13,790 nucleotides of DNA from Candidatus Eiseniibacteriota bacterium (GTDB lineage Bacteria; Eisenbacteria; RBG-16-71-46; JABDJR01; JAWXBZ01). A program made the position numbers and the translations under genes. The notes beneath the pieces are model-generated. The model was not told the DNA's origin. It did not search any database and saw only the letters and a program-made list of their open reading frames with translations. Shown here one piece after another: positions 6,220 to 13,790 of the stretch (position 1 is the stretch's first letter; every line of letters starts with the position of its first letter). The stretch spans positions 1 to 13,790 of the forward strand of contig JAWXBZ010000232.1 in the NCBI GenBank assembly GCA_034440375.1, given 5' to 3'.

Positions 6220-6786
6220 ATGCCAATTCCAGCAACTCAGCTCAAGGTCGGGATGCACATCGTCCACAACGGCGAACTGCATCGCGTGACCATGGTCATG
6301 CACGTCACCCCCGGGAACTGGCGGGGAATGGTTCAGACCAAGCTACAGAAGGTGAAGACCGGCACCCAGGTCGAGCACCGGTTTCGTTCGGTCGACTCGG
6401 TTGATCGGGCCCTTCTCGAGCAGCACGAACTTCAGTATATGTACCGTTCGGGCGACGAATTCACCTTCATGAACACCGAGTCATACGAAATGCTCAATCT
6501 CGACTCGGAGACCATGGGCGAGGCGGCCAGGTATCTCCAGGAAAACATGATGATCCAGGCCAACTACTACGAGGGAAAGGTGATCGGAATCGACGTACCG
6601 ATGATGATCGTGATGAAAATCGTCGAGTGCGATCCACCCATGAAAGGAGCCACGGCCTCGGGTGGTCCCAAGCCGGCCGTCCTCGAGGGTGGAATCACCG
6701 TCAAGGTTCCCCAGCACCTCTCGATCGGTGACGCCGTCAAGATCGACACCCGGGACGACAGCTTTATCGAGCGCGTCAGCAGCTGA
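6220..6786 (+). CDS. efp: Elongation factor P (PGNWRG loop variant), 188 aa
   Basis: ATQLKVGMHI, HVTPGNWRGMVQTKL, QYMYRSGDEFTFMNTESYE, KGATASGGPKPAVLEGGITVKVP, IKVDT-like VKIDTRD. Length fits EF-P. GAGG SD at 6208-6211. Confidence 0.95.
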   Translation: MPIPATQLKVGMHIVHNGELHRVTMVMHVTPGNWRGMVQTKLQKVKTGTQVEHRFRSVDSVDRALLEQHELQYMYRSGDEFTFMNTESYEMLNLDSETMGEAARYLQENMMIQANYYEGKVIGIDVPMMIVMKIVECDPPMKGATASGGPKPAVLEGGITVKVPQHLSIGDAVKIDTRDDSFIERVSS

Positions 6787-6787
6787 T

Positions 6788-6822
6788 CCCCGGATCGGCC
6801 GGCTTTGACCGGTCGGCTGGGG
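6788..6822 (+). terminator. GC-rich hairpin right after the efp stop (possible terminator or 3' stabiliser, no U-tract)
   Basis: CCCCGGATCGGCCGG-CTTTGA-CCGGTCGGCTGGGG forms about 14 bp with G-U pairs and one bulge. Confidence 0.4.
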
Positions 6823-6996
6823 CGGATGGCGCACTCCAGCAGAGAATCTGACAACTCCTGCCGTAAACCGGTGCTTCCGGGCTTAATTGTCGGTCGCCCC
6901 GGCCGATGATCTGTCAGGCGCCCCGTGCGCCGATCGGGCCGAGTAACCTCGCCGACCTGCCCACGTGTCTGGCCGGCCACCCCGGAGAGTCAAGTC

Positions 6997-7455
6997 ATGG
7001 GCGACCCCATCAAGATTGTGGTGCGGTATCGGAGCGGGGAGGTGCTGAAGGGCACCACGCAGGACTTCTTTCCAAACCGGCCGTCCTTCCATCTGCTCCC
7101 CCAGCTGGGCGGGGCTGCGATCGAAGTTCGAAGCAGGGACCTCAAGGCCGTGTTCTTCGTGAAGGACTTTCAGGGGCGGTCGGAACGACTGGACATCCCC
7201 GGCTTTCTGGCTGCGCCCGGATTGTCCAATCAGGGTCGCAAGGTGACGGTCCGGTTCGAGGACGGCGAAATGATTTGCGGTTATTCGGTCACCTTCATGC
7301 CCGGACGCGAGGGTTTCTTCATCTTTCCGGCCGATGTCGAGGCGAATAACACCCGAATCTACGTGCTCGTCGATGCCGCCACCGACATCCAGGTTGGCCC
7401 GGCGGCCGAAGCCCAGGCGCGTGCCGCGGTTCGCCAGGATCCACACGCCGCCTGA
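6997..7455 (+). CDS. Conserved hypothetical protein with two Sm/LSm-like repeats (resembles DUF6982-type proteins), 152 aa
   Basis: Start reassigned to ATG 6997 (MGDPIKIVVRY) with GGAGAG at 6984-6989. Repeats KIVVRYRSGEVLKGTTQDF and KVTVRFEDGEMICGYSVTF; motif LKAVFFVKDF. The DUF name is from memory and unverified. Confidence 0.75.
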   Translation: MGDPIKIVVRYRSGEVLKGTTQDFFPNRPSFHLLPQLGGAAIEVRSRDLKAVFFVKDFQGRSERLDIPGFLAAPGLSNQGRKVTVRFEDGEMICGYSVTFMPGREGFFIFPADVEANNTRIYVLVDAATDIQVGPAAEAQARAAVRQDPHAA

Positions 7456-7478
7456 CGCGGATCCCACCACCTCCATCC

Positions 7479-7487
7479 TGCTACACT
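7479..7487 (+). promoter_or_regulatory. Putative extended -10 (TG-C-TACACT) 7 nt before the nfeD ATG
   Basis: TGCTACACT-CGGCCAC-ATG(7495). The C-rich 39-nt intergenic region has no SD. Confidence 0.5.
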
Positions 7488-7494
7488 CGGCCAC

Positions 7495-8835
7495 ATGTCG
7501 CGGATGCTGTCGATCCTGCGTATCGTTTCAATGGCCCTCCTCGCGAGTGTCGGCGTCCTGTCGATCGCGCAGGGCCAAGTCGGGTCATCCCCGGCGTGTC
7601 GGGCCGTTCGCTGGGACGGACCGATCGGTCCGGCGGCGGCCGACTACCTGGAACGGGAGATCCGCGCCGCCGATCGTGACGGCATCCCGCTCCTGATCCT
7701 CGGTCTTGACACACCCGGCGGCCTCGATACGTCGATGCGCCGCATCGTCCGCGAGATCGGTGCCTCGAGGGTCCCGGTGGCCGTCTGGGTTGGGCCATCC
7801 GGATCCCGGGCCGCCTCGGCCGGTTGTGTCATCGGCCTGTCGGCACCGATCCTGGCGATGGCCCCCGGCACGAACATCGGCGCCGCCCACCCGGTCCCCC
7901 TTGGCGGTGGCCCGGTCGATTCGGTCATGGGAAGCAAGATCCTTCAGGATGCGGAGGCGTACATCGGAGCACTGGCCCGCCAGCACGGTCGCAATGAGAC
8001 ATGGGCCAGGGACGCCGTGCGGAAGAGCGTCAGCGCCTCGGCGGAAGACGCGGTGCGGCTCGGCGTGGCCGATCTCATCGCTTCCAACCTTCCGGAACTG
8101 GTGGCCGCGATCGATGGACGGACGGTCCGGATCGCCACCGGATCCGTGACGCTGGCCCTGTCGGGCCATCCGATCGATGAACGCCGACGCGACTGGCGAA
8201 CCAGTGCGCTGGCCCTCTTGAACGACCCGAATGTGGCGTACATCCTGCTGCTGCTCGGGGTTTACGGCCTGTTCTTCGAACTGGCCAACCCTGGATCACT
8301 CTTCCCGGGAATCTTTGGCGTTACGTCGTTGATTCTCGGGCTCTACGCCCTGTCAAACCTCCCGGTCAACAGCGCCGGCCTCCTCCTCCTCGTGGCGGGC
8401 CTGGCCATGCTACTCCTCGAGATTAAGGTGGTTTCTCATGGCCTCCTGTCGCTGGGTGGCGTGGCAGCCCTCGTGGCCGGATCACTGTTTCTTTTCGAGT
8501 CACCTTCGCCGGTCTTCCGCGTATCACTGACCGTGATCATTCCCGCCGTTTTCCTCACCGCCGCCTTTTTCCTGTTTCTGGTCGGCAAGGGTCTGGCGGC
8601 CCAGCGCCGTCCACCGGCCACCGGGAGTTCCTCCCTGGTGGGTCGGCTGGCTGTGGCCCGGACGCGACTGGCCCCGCGGGGGAGCGTTTTTGTGGATGGC
8701 TCCCACTGGAGGGCCGAGGCGCCTCCCGATGTGGTGATCGATCCGGGCCAGATGGTCCGGATTCTCAATGTCGATCGACTGTCCCTCAACGTACGGCCGG
8801 AGGCGGAGCCCCCGACCACGGGAGAACTACCATGA
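7495..8835 (+). CDS. nfeD: Long-form NfeD, membrane-bound ClpP-class serine protease (stomatin operon partner), 446 aa
   Basis: Signal peptide; protease motifs LDTPGGL, RAASAG (Ser), [20 protein letters not shown] (Lys); multiple TM helices ([16 protein letters not shown]); C-terminal OB-fold ([16 protein letters not shown]). Confidence 0.93.
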   Translation: MSRMLSILRIVSMALLASVGVLSIAQGQVGSSPACRAVRWDGPIGPAAADYLEREIRAADRDGIPLLILGLDTPGGLDTSMRRIVREIGASRVPVAVWVGPSGSRAASAGCVIGLSAPILAMAPGTNIGAAHPVPLGGGPVDSVMGSKILQDAEAYIGALARQHGRNETWARDAVRKSVSASAEDAVRLGVADLIASNLPELVAAIDGRTVRIATGSVTLALSGHPIDERRRDWRTSALALLNDPNVAYILLLLGVYGLFFELANPGSLFPGIFGVTSLILGLYALSNLPVNSAGLLLLVAGLAMLLLEIKVVSHGLLSLGGVAALVAGSLFLFESPSPVFRVSLTVIIPAVFLTAAFFLFLVGKGLAAQRRPPATGSSSLVGRLAVARTRLAPRGSVFVDGSHWRAEAPPDVVIDPGQMVRILNVDRLSLNVRPEAEPPTTGELP

Positions 8836-9623
8836 CGACATGGACCCTGGCCCTTCTGCCCCTGCTTCTCCTGGTCGGCCTGATCCTGCTGGCCAATTCC
8901 GTGCGCGTTCTGCGGGAATACGAGCGCGCCGTCATCTTCCGACTGGGACGATTGATCGGCGTCAAGGGGCCCGGCCTCATTCTGCTGCTGCCGATGATCG
9001 ACCGGATGGTGAAAGTGCCGTTACGCGTGGTGGCCATGGACGTGCCGTCACAGGACGTCATCACCCGGGACAACATTTCCATCAAGGTGAACGCGGTCCT
9101 GTACTTCAAAGTGGCCTCGGCGAAGGAGGCCGTCGTCGAAGTCGAGAACTACCTGTACGCCACCTCACAGATCGCCCAGACGACCCTGCGAAGCGTCGTG
9201 GGTGAACATGAACTCGACGATCTTCTCTCCGAACGGGAGAAAATCAACCTCAAGCTGCAGCAGATCATCGACGACCGCACGGAACCATGGGGGGTCAAGG
9301 TGACCGCCGTCGAGGTCAAGGATGTCGACCTGCCCCAGGACATGCAACGGGCCATCGCGCGGCAGGCCGAGGCGGAGCGGGAGCGACGCGCCAAGATCAT
9401 TCACGCCGAGGGTGAGTTCACCGCCTCGGAACAACTGGCAGCGGCGGCCCACCGGATGAGCGCCGAGCCGCTGGCCATCCAGCTTCGTTATCTCCAAACT
9501 CTGACCGAAATCGCCACCGAGAAAAACTCAACGATCATCTTTCCGTTGCCGCTCGACCTGATCAAGGCATTCATGCCCGAGACGCGACCCGAGAAGCCCA
9601 GGATCGGCCCGGACCCCTCCTGA
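8832..9623 (+). CDS. SPFH/band 7 stomatin-like (slipin) protein, 263 aa
   Basis: N-terminal [86 protein letters not shown] at 8821-8825; ATGA overlap with nfeD. Confidence 0.95.
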   Translation: MTTWTLALLPLLLLVGLILLANSVRVLREYERAVIFRLGRLIGVKGPGLILLLPMIDRMVKVPLRVVAMDVPSQDVITRDNISIKVNAVLYFKVASAKEAVVEVENYLYATSQIAQTTLRSVVGEHELDDLLSEREKINLKLQQIIDDRTEPWGVKVTAVEVKDVDLPQDMQRAIARQAEAERERRAKIIHAEGEFTASEQLAAAAHRMSAEPLAIQLRYLQTLTEIATEKNSTIIFPLPLDLIKAFMPETRPEKPRIGPDPS

Positions 9624-9645
9624 GCCGGGCATTGGCCAGCGGTAT

Positions 9646-12183
9646 CTAACCGAGAACGCGAAGCGTGCCGCTGGTGACACCGAATCGTTCGAGCGCTCCG
9701 ACCCGGCGAACCACCGCGTCGGCCCGTTCCGTGCCGGCGAGCAGGCTGCGATACGCCGAAAGCACCGACCGAGTTTCCGCCTGCGATTCCCGCACGAATT
9801 CGACGCGGAAGCGCCGGACGCCGTGGGCCACCAGTCCTGCCGCGTGGGCCGCCCCGGTCTGAGCCCTGGCGTTGAACACCGTGTTTCGGCACCCCACATC
9901 CACGACGACCGGGTGCTCGTCCCCGGTCCGGTCCCGCAGGGCCACGGTGTGCGCTTCGCACGGCCGGCCGCAATCGCGGAAGTCCTTTCCCTCGGACAGC
10001 AGATGGGCGTAGACGCAGTGCTCGGTGTGAAACGTGGCCATGTGGTGATGAAGCACGATGGTGACACGCGTCGGATCGACCCGTTCGAGGAGATTCCCAA
10101 GCTGCGTTACATCGAGGTCATGAGCCGGCGTCAAGTCCGCGAGGCCACGGGCCAGCAGGAATCCGGCGGTCGCCGCGTTGCTGACATTCAGGCTGAAATC
10201 GCCATGCAGGGTCGGCCGTTTGGCGCCGGCCGGCGTGTCGGCGCGCCGGAAGTACTCGAGTGCGCCCCAGTGCCGGACGAGGAGACCGTCCGGCTCAAGC
10301 CGCGCCAGTCGCCGGTCATACCCCTCTTCCCCCGGCTTCTGAACCCGCAGGGTGGCGATGATCACCCGAAGGCCCGCACTCCGGGCGCGTGCCACCGCTC
10401 GTTCCAACCCCACCAGTTCCATCCAGTCGAGCTCAACCTCGGTGAATCCTTCGGCGATGACGCCATCGAGCTGCTCATCGGTCCGGCAGAGCGGCACGAG
10501 GCGCGGCGCGACACCCGGGAGCGATGACGGCCGACCCGCCTCGAAGCCAGCCAGCAGGCGCTCGAGCGCACCGGGGCCGGCGAGCGGCGTGGCACGTCGG
10601 AGATCGTCGCGCGCGGTAAACAGTCCATCCATCGCGACGACGAGTCGGCGACGCAACTCGTTCAGTTCCGAAACCGGGAGGTGGAGACTCCCCAGAACCC
10701 CGGAGCTGTCGAGTCGTGCCAGGTGCCAGAGCGTTCCCCCGAGCCGGCCCAACTTGTCGCGAAGCACCGGCTCGCCCAGGCCGGCACCGGATGCCGCGGC
10801 GAGGGGCGATGCGGAGTGCTCGGCATGGAACAGCTCGCCGGAGCGCGCCTCCACATGAAGCGGTGCGCCGGCCCGGCCGCTCACCGTGAGTTCGAGTGGC
10901 TGGCGACCGAGCGCGCCATCCTCGTGAAGGCGCCGTTCAATCCGGCGATTGAGTACGGCATCGCTCGTTTTCCAGAGTCGCTGGCCGATGCGCACGCGTG
11001 ACAGGTCGGGCCCCGGTTGGCCGAATCGGAGCGACAGACGTCCGTCCTCCCGCGGGGCAACCGCGAAGACGGGCCCACCCTCCTCGGGTCCGGCCGTTCG
11101 ATCGCCCTCGAAGACGACGCCGTCGCCCGGGCGAATGGTCGGCCACTCCCCTTCCGATTTCAGGATCACATCCCGGTGGGTGATCGCATCGACCCGTCCA
11201 ACCAGAAGTCCCCGGTGGGTCGGGCTCACCCCATCCACCAGCTCCTGGTGGTCGATTCCCTCGAAAAATCCGGTGGAGAATCCGCGGGAGAAGCTGACCG
11301 CCATCGCCTCGACCGCATCGCGATCAAGGATCGGTTCCGACGACGGCAGGAATGATCGGGCGACAATGCGGTCACGCACCGCCCGGTACGCCTCGACAGC
11401 CGTCGTGACGTAGGCCGCTCCCTTCTGGCGCCCCTCGATCTTGATCGACGCAATGCCCAGTTCCATCAGGCGGGGCAGAACCCGCCAGGCCGAGAGGTCG
11501 TGGGGCGAAAGGAGGTGCGCGACATCACCGACGTCCCGTGTCGTGCCATCCACGACCAGATCGTAGGGAAGACGGCACGACTGGGCACACTGTCCGCGGT
11601 TGGCCGACCGGCCGCCCCAGGCTTCACTGGTCAGGCACTGACCGCTCCAGGACACGCACATTGCGCCATGGACGAAGACTTCAAGTTCCAGATCGGTGCT
11701 GGCCGCGAGGAGCGCAATTTCCGAAAGCGTCAATTCGCGCGGAAGAACAACCCGGGAAAGCCCCAGGTCGCGAGCCAGGGCCATCCCTTCGGCGCTGGAA
11801 AGTGTCATCTGCGTCGAGGCATGGATTTCGAAAGGCACCCCCAGTTCGCGTGCGAGGAGCGCCACCGCCGGATCCTGGACCAGGATGGCGTCAACGCCGG
11901 ATGTCACCAGGCGCCGCAGGATTCGTTCGACCGCGGACAGCTCACTGTCGAAGACCAGCGTGTTCATCGTCACGTAGGCGCGGGCACCATGGCGGTGGAT
12001 GGCCGCCACCGTGGCCGGCAGCCGTTCCAGCGTGAAGTTGGCCGCCCTGGCCCGGGCATTGAATCCTTCAGCAAGGCCAAAGTAGACCGCATCGGCGCCG
12101 GCATTGAGGGCCGCCTTCAGGCAATCGGCATCACCCGCCGGGGCAAGAATTTCGGGAATTCGAGGGCGACTTCGGTCGTTCAT
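9646..12183 (-). CDS. Long peptidase U32-family protein with DUF3656-like middle domain (RlhA-like Fe-S RNA hydroxylase), 845 aa
   Basis: PEILAPAG, GADAVYFG, FNARARAANF, HASTQM, RVVLPREL, EVFVHGAMCVSWSGQC...RSANRGQCAQSCRLPY, SIKIEGR, middle LGRLGGT, and a second U32-like C-terminal region. Substrate is not determinable from the sequence. Confidence 0.9.
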   Translation of the reverse strand: MNDRSRPRIPEILAPAGDADCLKAALNAGADAVYFGLAEGFNARARAANFTLERLPATVAAIHRHGARAYVTMNTLVFDSELSAVERILRRLVTSGVDAILVQDPAVALLARELGVPFEIHASTQMTLSSAEGMALARDLGLSRVVLPRELTLSEIALLAASTDLELEVFVHGAMCVSWSGQCLTSEAWGGRSANRGQCAQSCRLPYDLVVDGTTRDVGDVAHLLSPHDLSAWRVLPRLMELGIASIKIEGRQKGAAYVTTAVEAYRAVRDRIVARSFLPSSEPILDRDAVEAMAVSFSRGFSTGFFEGIDHQELVDGVSPTHRGLLVGRVDAITHRDVILKSEGEWPTIRPGDGVVFEGDRTAGPEEGGPVFAVAPREDGRLSLRFGQPGPDLSRVRIGQRLWKTSDAVLNRRIERRLHEDGALGRQPLELTVSGRAGAPLHVEARSGELFHAEHSASPLAAASGAGLGEPVLRDKLGRLGGTLWHLARLDSSGVLGSLHLPVSELNELRRRLVVAMDGLFTARDDLRRATPLAGPGALERLLAGFEAGRPSSLPGVAPRLVPLCRTDEQLDGVIAEGFTEVELDWMELVGLERAVARARSAGLRVIIATLRVQKPGEEGYDRRLARLEPDGLLVRHWGALEYFRRADTPAGAKRPTLHGDFSLNVSNAATAGFLLARGLADLTPAHDLDVTQLGNLLERVDPTRVTIVLHHHMATFHTEHCVYAHLLSEGKDFRDCGRPCEAHTVALRDRTGDEHPVVVDVGCRNTVFNARAQTGAAHAAGLVAHGVRRFRVEFVRESQAETRSVLSAYRSLLAGTERADAVVRRVGALERFGVTSGTLRVLG

Positions 12184-12222
12184 GTTCGAGCCTTTGGCCC
12201 CGCGGCACCCCGCGCGCAGAAT

Positions 12223-12252
12223 TTGCGCGCTCCCGGCACCGCTCTGTATACT
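12223..12252 (+). promoter_or_regulatory. Putative promoter for the HEAT-repeat gene
   Basis: TTGCGC (12223-12228), 18-nt spacer, TATACT (12247-12252), in the AT-richer divergent intergenic region. Confidence 0.45.
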
Positions 12253-12297
12253 TGAAGGTATTGTAATTCAGCCACTTAGAAACATGGAGGAGCATCC

Positions 12298-13790
12298 TTG
12301 ATCCGCCGGATATTGCTGTCTGCCGCGTTCCTGCATGCCCTTTCGTCAGGGGCCCTGGCCTGGTTGCCCGAGAATCCCCTCGCCGACCCCCTGTTTGAAG
12401 AGATAATCCGGCTCGAGAATGATCGGGTCACGTCTGGCCGCATCCAGGAGTTGGCCCACCACGACTCCCCCCTGGTACGGAGCCGGGCGCTGCGGGCCCT
12501 GGCCCGGGCCCAGGATCCGGCCCTGTCGGCCCTGTTCACCGCTGGTCTCTCCGATGCCGACCCCGCGGTCCGGGACGAGGCGGCCCTGGGTATGGGGCTC
12601 CTCTGGGCCGGGGGAAACGAACAGGACCTGATCGAGGCCTTCCAGCGGGAAACGGATCCGCGTGTCCGGGCAACGCTCGTAGAAGCCGTCGGCCGGACCA
12701 CGAAGGGCGCCCCCGGCGTGGATTTCCTGGCCGGACAGGTGCTGGCAGCGGACACCACCATCTCCTTCCGGGCCTGTCTCGGCCTCGGCATCGCCGGGTA
12801 CCGAAAGATCAACATCGACTCGTCCGTGGACTCACTGGCACGCTCGGCCCGTTCACGCCATGCCGGAACCCGCTGGGCGTCGGCGTATGCTTTTTTTCGG
12901 GGAAAGCCGGACATGGCTCCGCAGTATTTGCGGGCGCTGCTGATCGACGCGGATCCGCTCGTCCGAATGAACGCCGTGCGCGCGTTGGGTGCCAGCAAGC
13001 GGAACAACATGGCCCTTCCAGTCTCGGAACTGGTTCGAGATGCGGACTGGCGCGTGCGGCTCGAAGCCATTCGCGCGCTGGTGCAGCTCAAGGCCAGCCA
13101 GTTCGCTGCGCTCATTGCCCTGGGGCTTGAAGATGATGTTCCCATCGTCCGCTCCGCCACGTTCGTGGCTCTTGGCGAGTTGCGTTCCCAATCCGTGCTG
13201 GACCAGATCAATCCCATGATCACCGAGAGCGACGACTGGCGGATCAGGACGCAGGCCCTTCTGGCAAAGGTGCACATCGAGATCGACGGCTCGCTCCCAC
13301 TTCTCGAGCAGCTGAAATCAAATCCCGACTGGCGGATCCGCCGGGCCGCCGCGGAAGGGATGGGGGTACTGCGCTCCGATCAGGCCCGCACGATCCTCGG
13401 CAGCATGATCAACGACTCGGATCCGCGGGTTCTGTCCGCGGTGGGGGCGGCTTTGACCGATTATCCCCAGGTCGCGGCACTACATGATCTCCGGCACCTG
13501 CTGACCAGCGAAGACCTGGCCGTGCTGACAACGGCGGCGGCGGCGCTCGGAGCCCGCGCGGATCGGAATGCGCTGGCTGGCCTGAATTCAACTTACGCGC
13601 GCCTCAAGTCCCCGGCTGACCGTGAGCCGATGGCGGAAATTGCGCGCGCCCTGGGCAACATTATCGTGCCGCTCGATTCAACCGTGTTCTTCGCCTCGCT
13701 GGAAATGTCAGACAGGACGGCGACGATTGCCACGTTGACGGGTGCACTCAAGGATCCCGATCGGAGCGTGGCGCTGGCGGCGGCCGCCGC
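12298..13790 (+). CDS. Exported HEAT-repeat protein (partial, runs off the right edge; absent from the ORF track)
   Basis: TTG start at 12298 with GGAGGAG at 12286-12292; no stop seen to the window end. Manual translation: MIRRILLSAAFLHALSSGALA (signal peptide), then HEAT units DSPLVRSRALRALAR, DADPAVRDEAALGMG, ETDPRVRATLVEAVG, DADPLVRMNAVRALG, DADWRVRLEAIRAL, DDVPIVRSATFVALG, NPDWRIRRAAAEGMG, DSDPRVLSAVGAAL, DPDRSVALAAA. Confidence 0.88.
   Translation, partial: MIRRILLSAAFLHALSSGALAWLPENPLADPLFEEIIRLENDRVTSGRIQELAHHDSPLVRSRALRALARAQDPALSALFTAGLSDADPAVRDEAALGMGLLWAGGNEQDLIEAFQRETDPRVRATLVEAVGRTTKGAPGVDFLAGQVLAADTTISFRACLGLGIAGYRKINIDSSVDSLARSARSRHAGTRWASAYAFFRGKPDMAPQYLRALLIDADPLVRMNAVRALGASKRNNMALPVSELVRDADWRVRLEAIRALVQLKASQFAALIALGLEDDVPIVRSATFVALGELRSQSVLDQINPMITESDDWRIRTQALLAKVHIEIDGSLPLLEQLKSNPDWRIRRAAAEGMGVLRSDQARTILGSMINDSDPRVLSAVGAALTDYPQVAALHDLRHLLTSEDLAVLTTAAAALGARADRNALAGLNSTYARLKSPADREPMAEIARALGNIIVPLDSTVFFASLEMSDRTATIATLTGALKDPDRSVALAAAA

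Noticed and set aside
6827..6841. Possible sigma54 promoter TGGCGCACTCCAGCA
   Set aside because: GG-to-GC spacing is one base short of the strict -24/-12 geometry and the TTGC element is missing.
6848..6917. Assignment to c-di-GMP-I riboswitch or twister ribozyme
   Set aside because: Only superficial words (GTAAACC, AACTCC) match; the conserved cores and GNRA loop are absent. Kept only as an unclassified candidate.
6925..6996. Longer start for the Sm-like protein
   Set aside because: The extension is not protein-like; ATG 6997 has an SD-like GGAGAG and sits at the domain boundary.
12276..13277. 333-aa minus-strand ORF
   Set aside because: Antisense shadow of the HEAT-repeat gene, which has an SD, signal peptide and clear repeats.
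1..13790. A single unified system, defence island, CRISPR array, tRNA or mobile element
   Set aside because: No repeat-spacer array, cloverleaf, transposase or integrase seen. Mixed orientations and separate promoters indicate several independent units.

Overview
GC-rich bacterial chromosomal window with densely packed genes. I found no rRNA, tRNA, CRISPR array or mobile element. Gene order: 3' end of an unknown CDS; a secreted multi-Ig protein with a FlgD-like C-terminal domain coupled to a PorV/UPF0164-like outer-membrane beta-barrel (T9SS-like cargo/shuttle pair); a minus-strand LysR regulator followed by a fused MoaD-MoaE; divergent myo-inositol-3-phosphate synthase (ino1); an EF-P with an atypical PGNWRG loop; a small protein with two Sm-like repeats preceded by a structured intergenic region; an NfeD protease-stomatin pair; a long U32-family (RlhA-like) hydroxylase on the minus strand; and a signal-peptide-bearing HEAT-repeat protein that runs off the end and is missing from the ORF track. 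The FlgD-CTD/PorV-like pair plus high GC suggests a non-Bacteroidota FCB-group lineage (inference only). Best leads: the T9SS-like pair, the Asn-type EF-P, a LysR box between lysR and ino1, -10 boxes 6-7 nt before three start codons (leaderless-mRNA layout), the tandem Sm-like protein with its upstream RNA structure, and a second Cys cluster in the U32 protein. All family calls come from motif recognition by eye; no searches were run.
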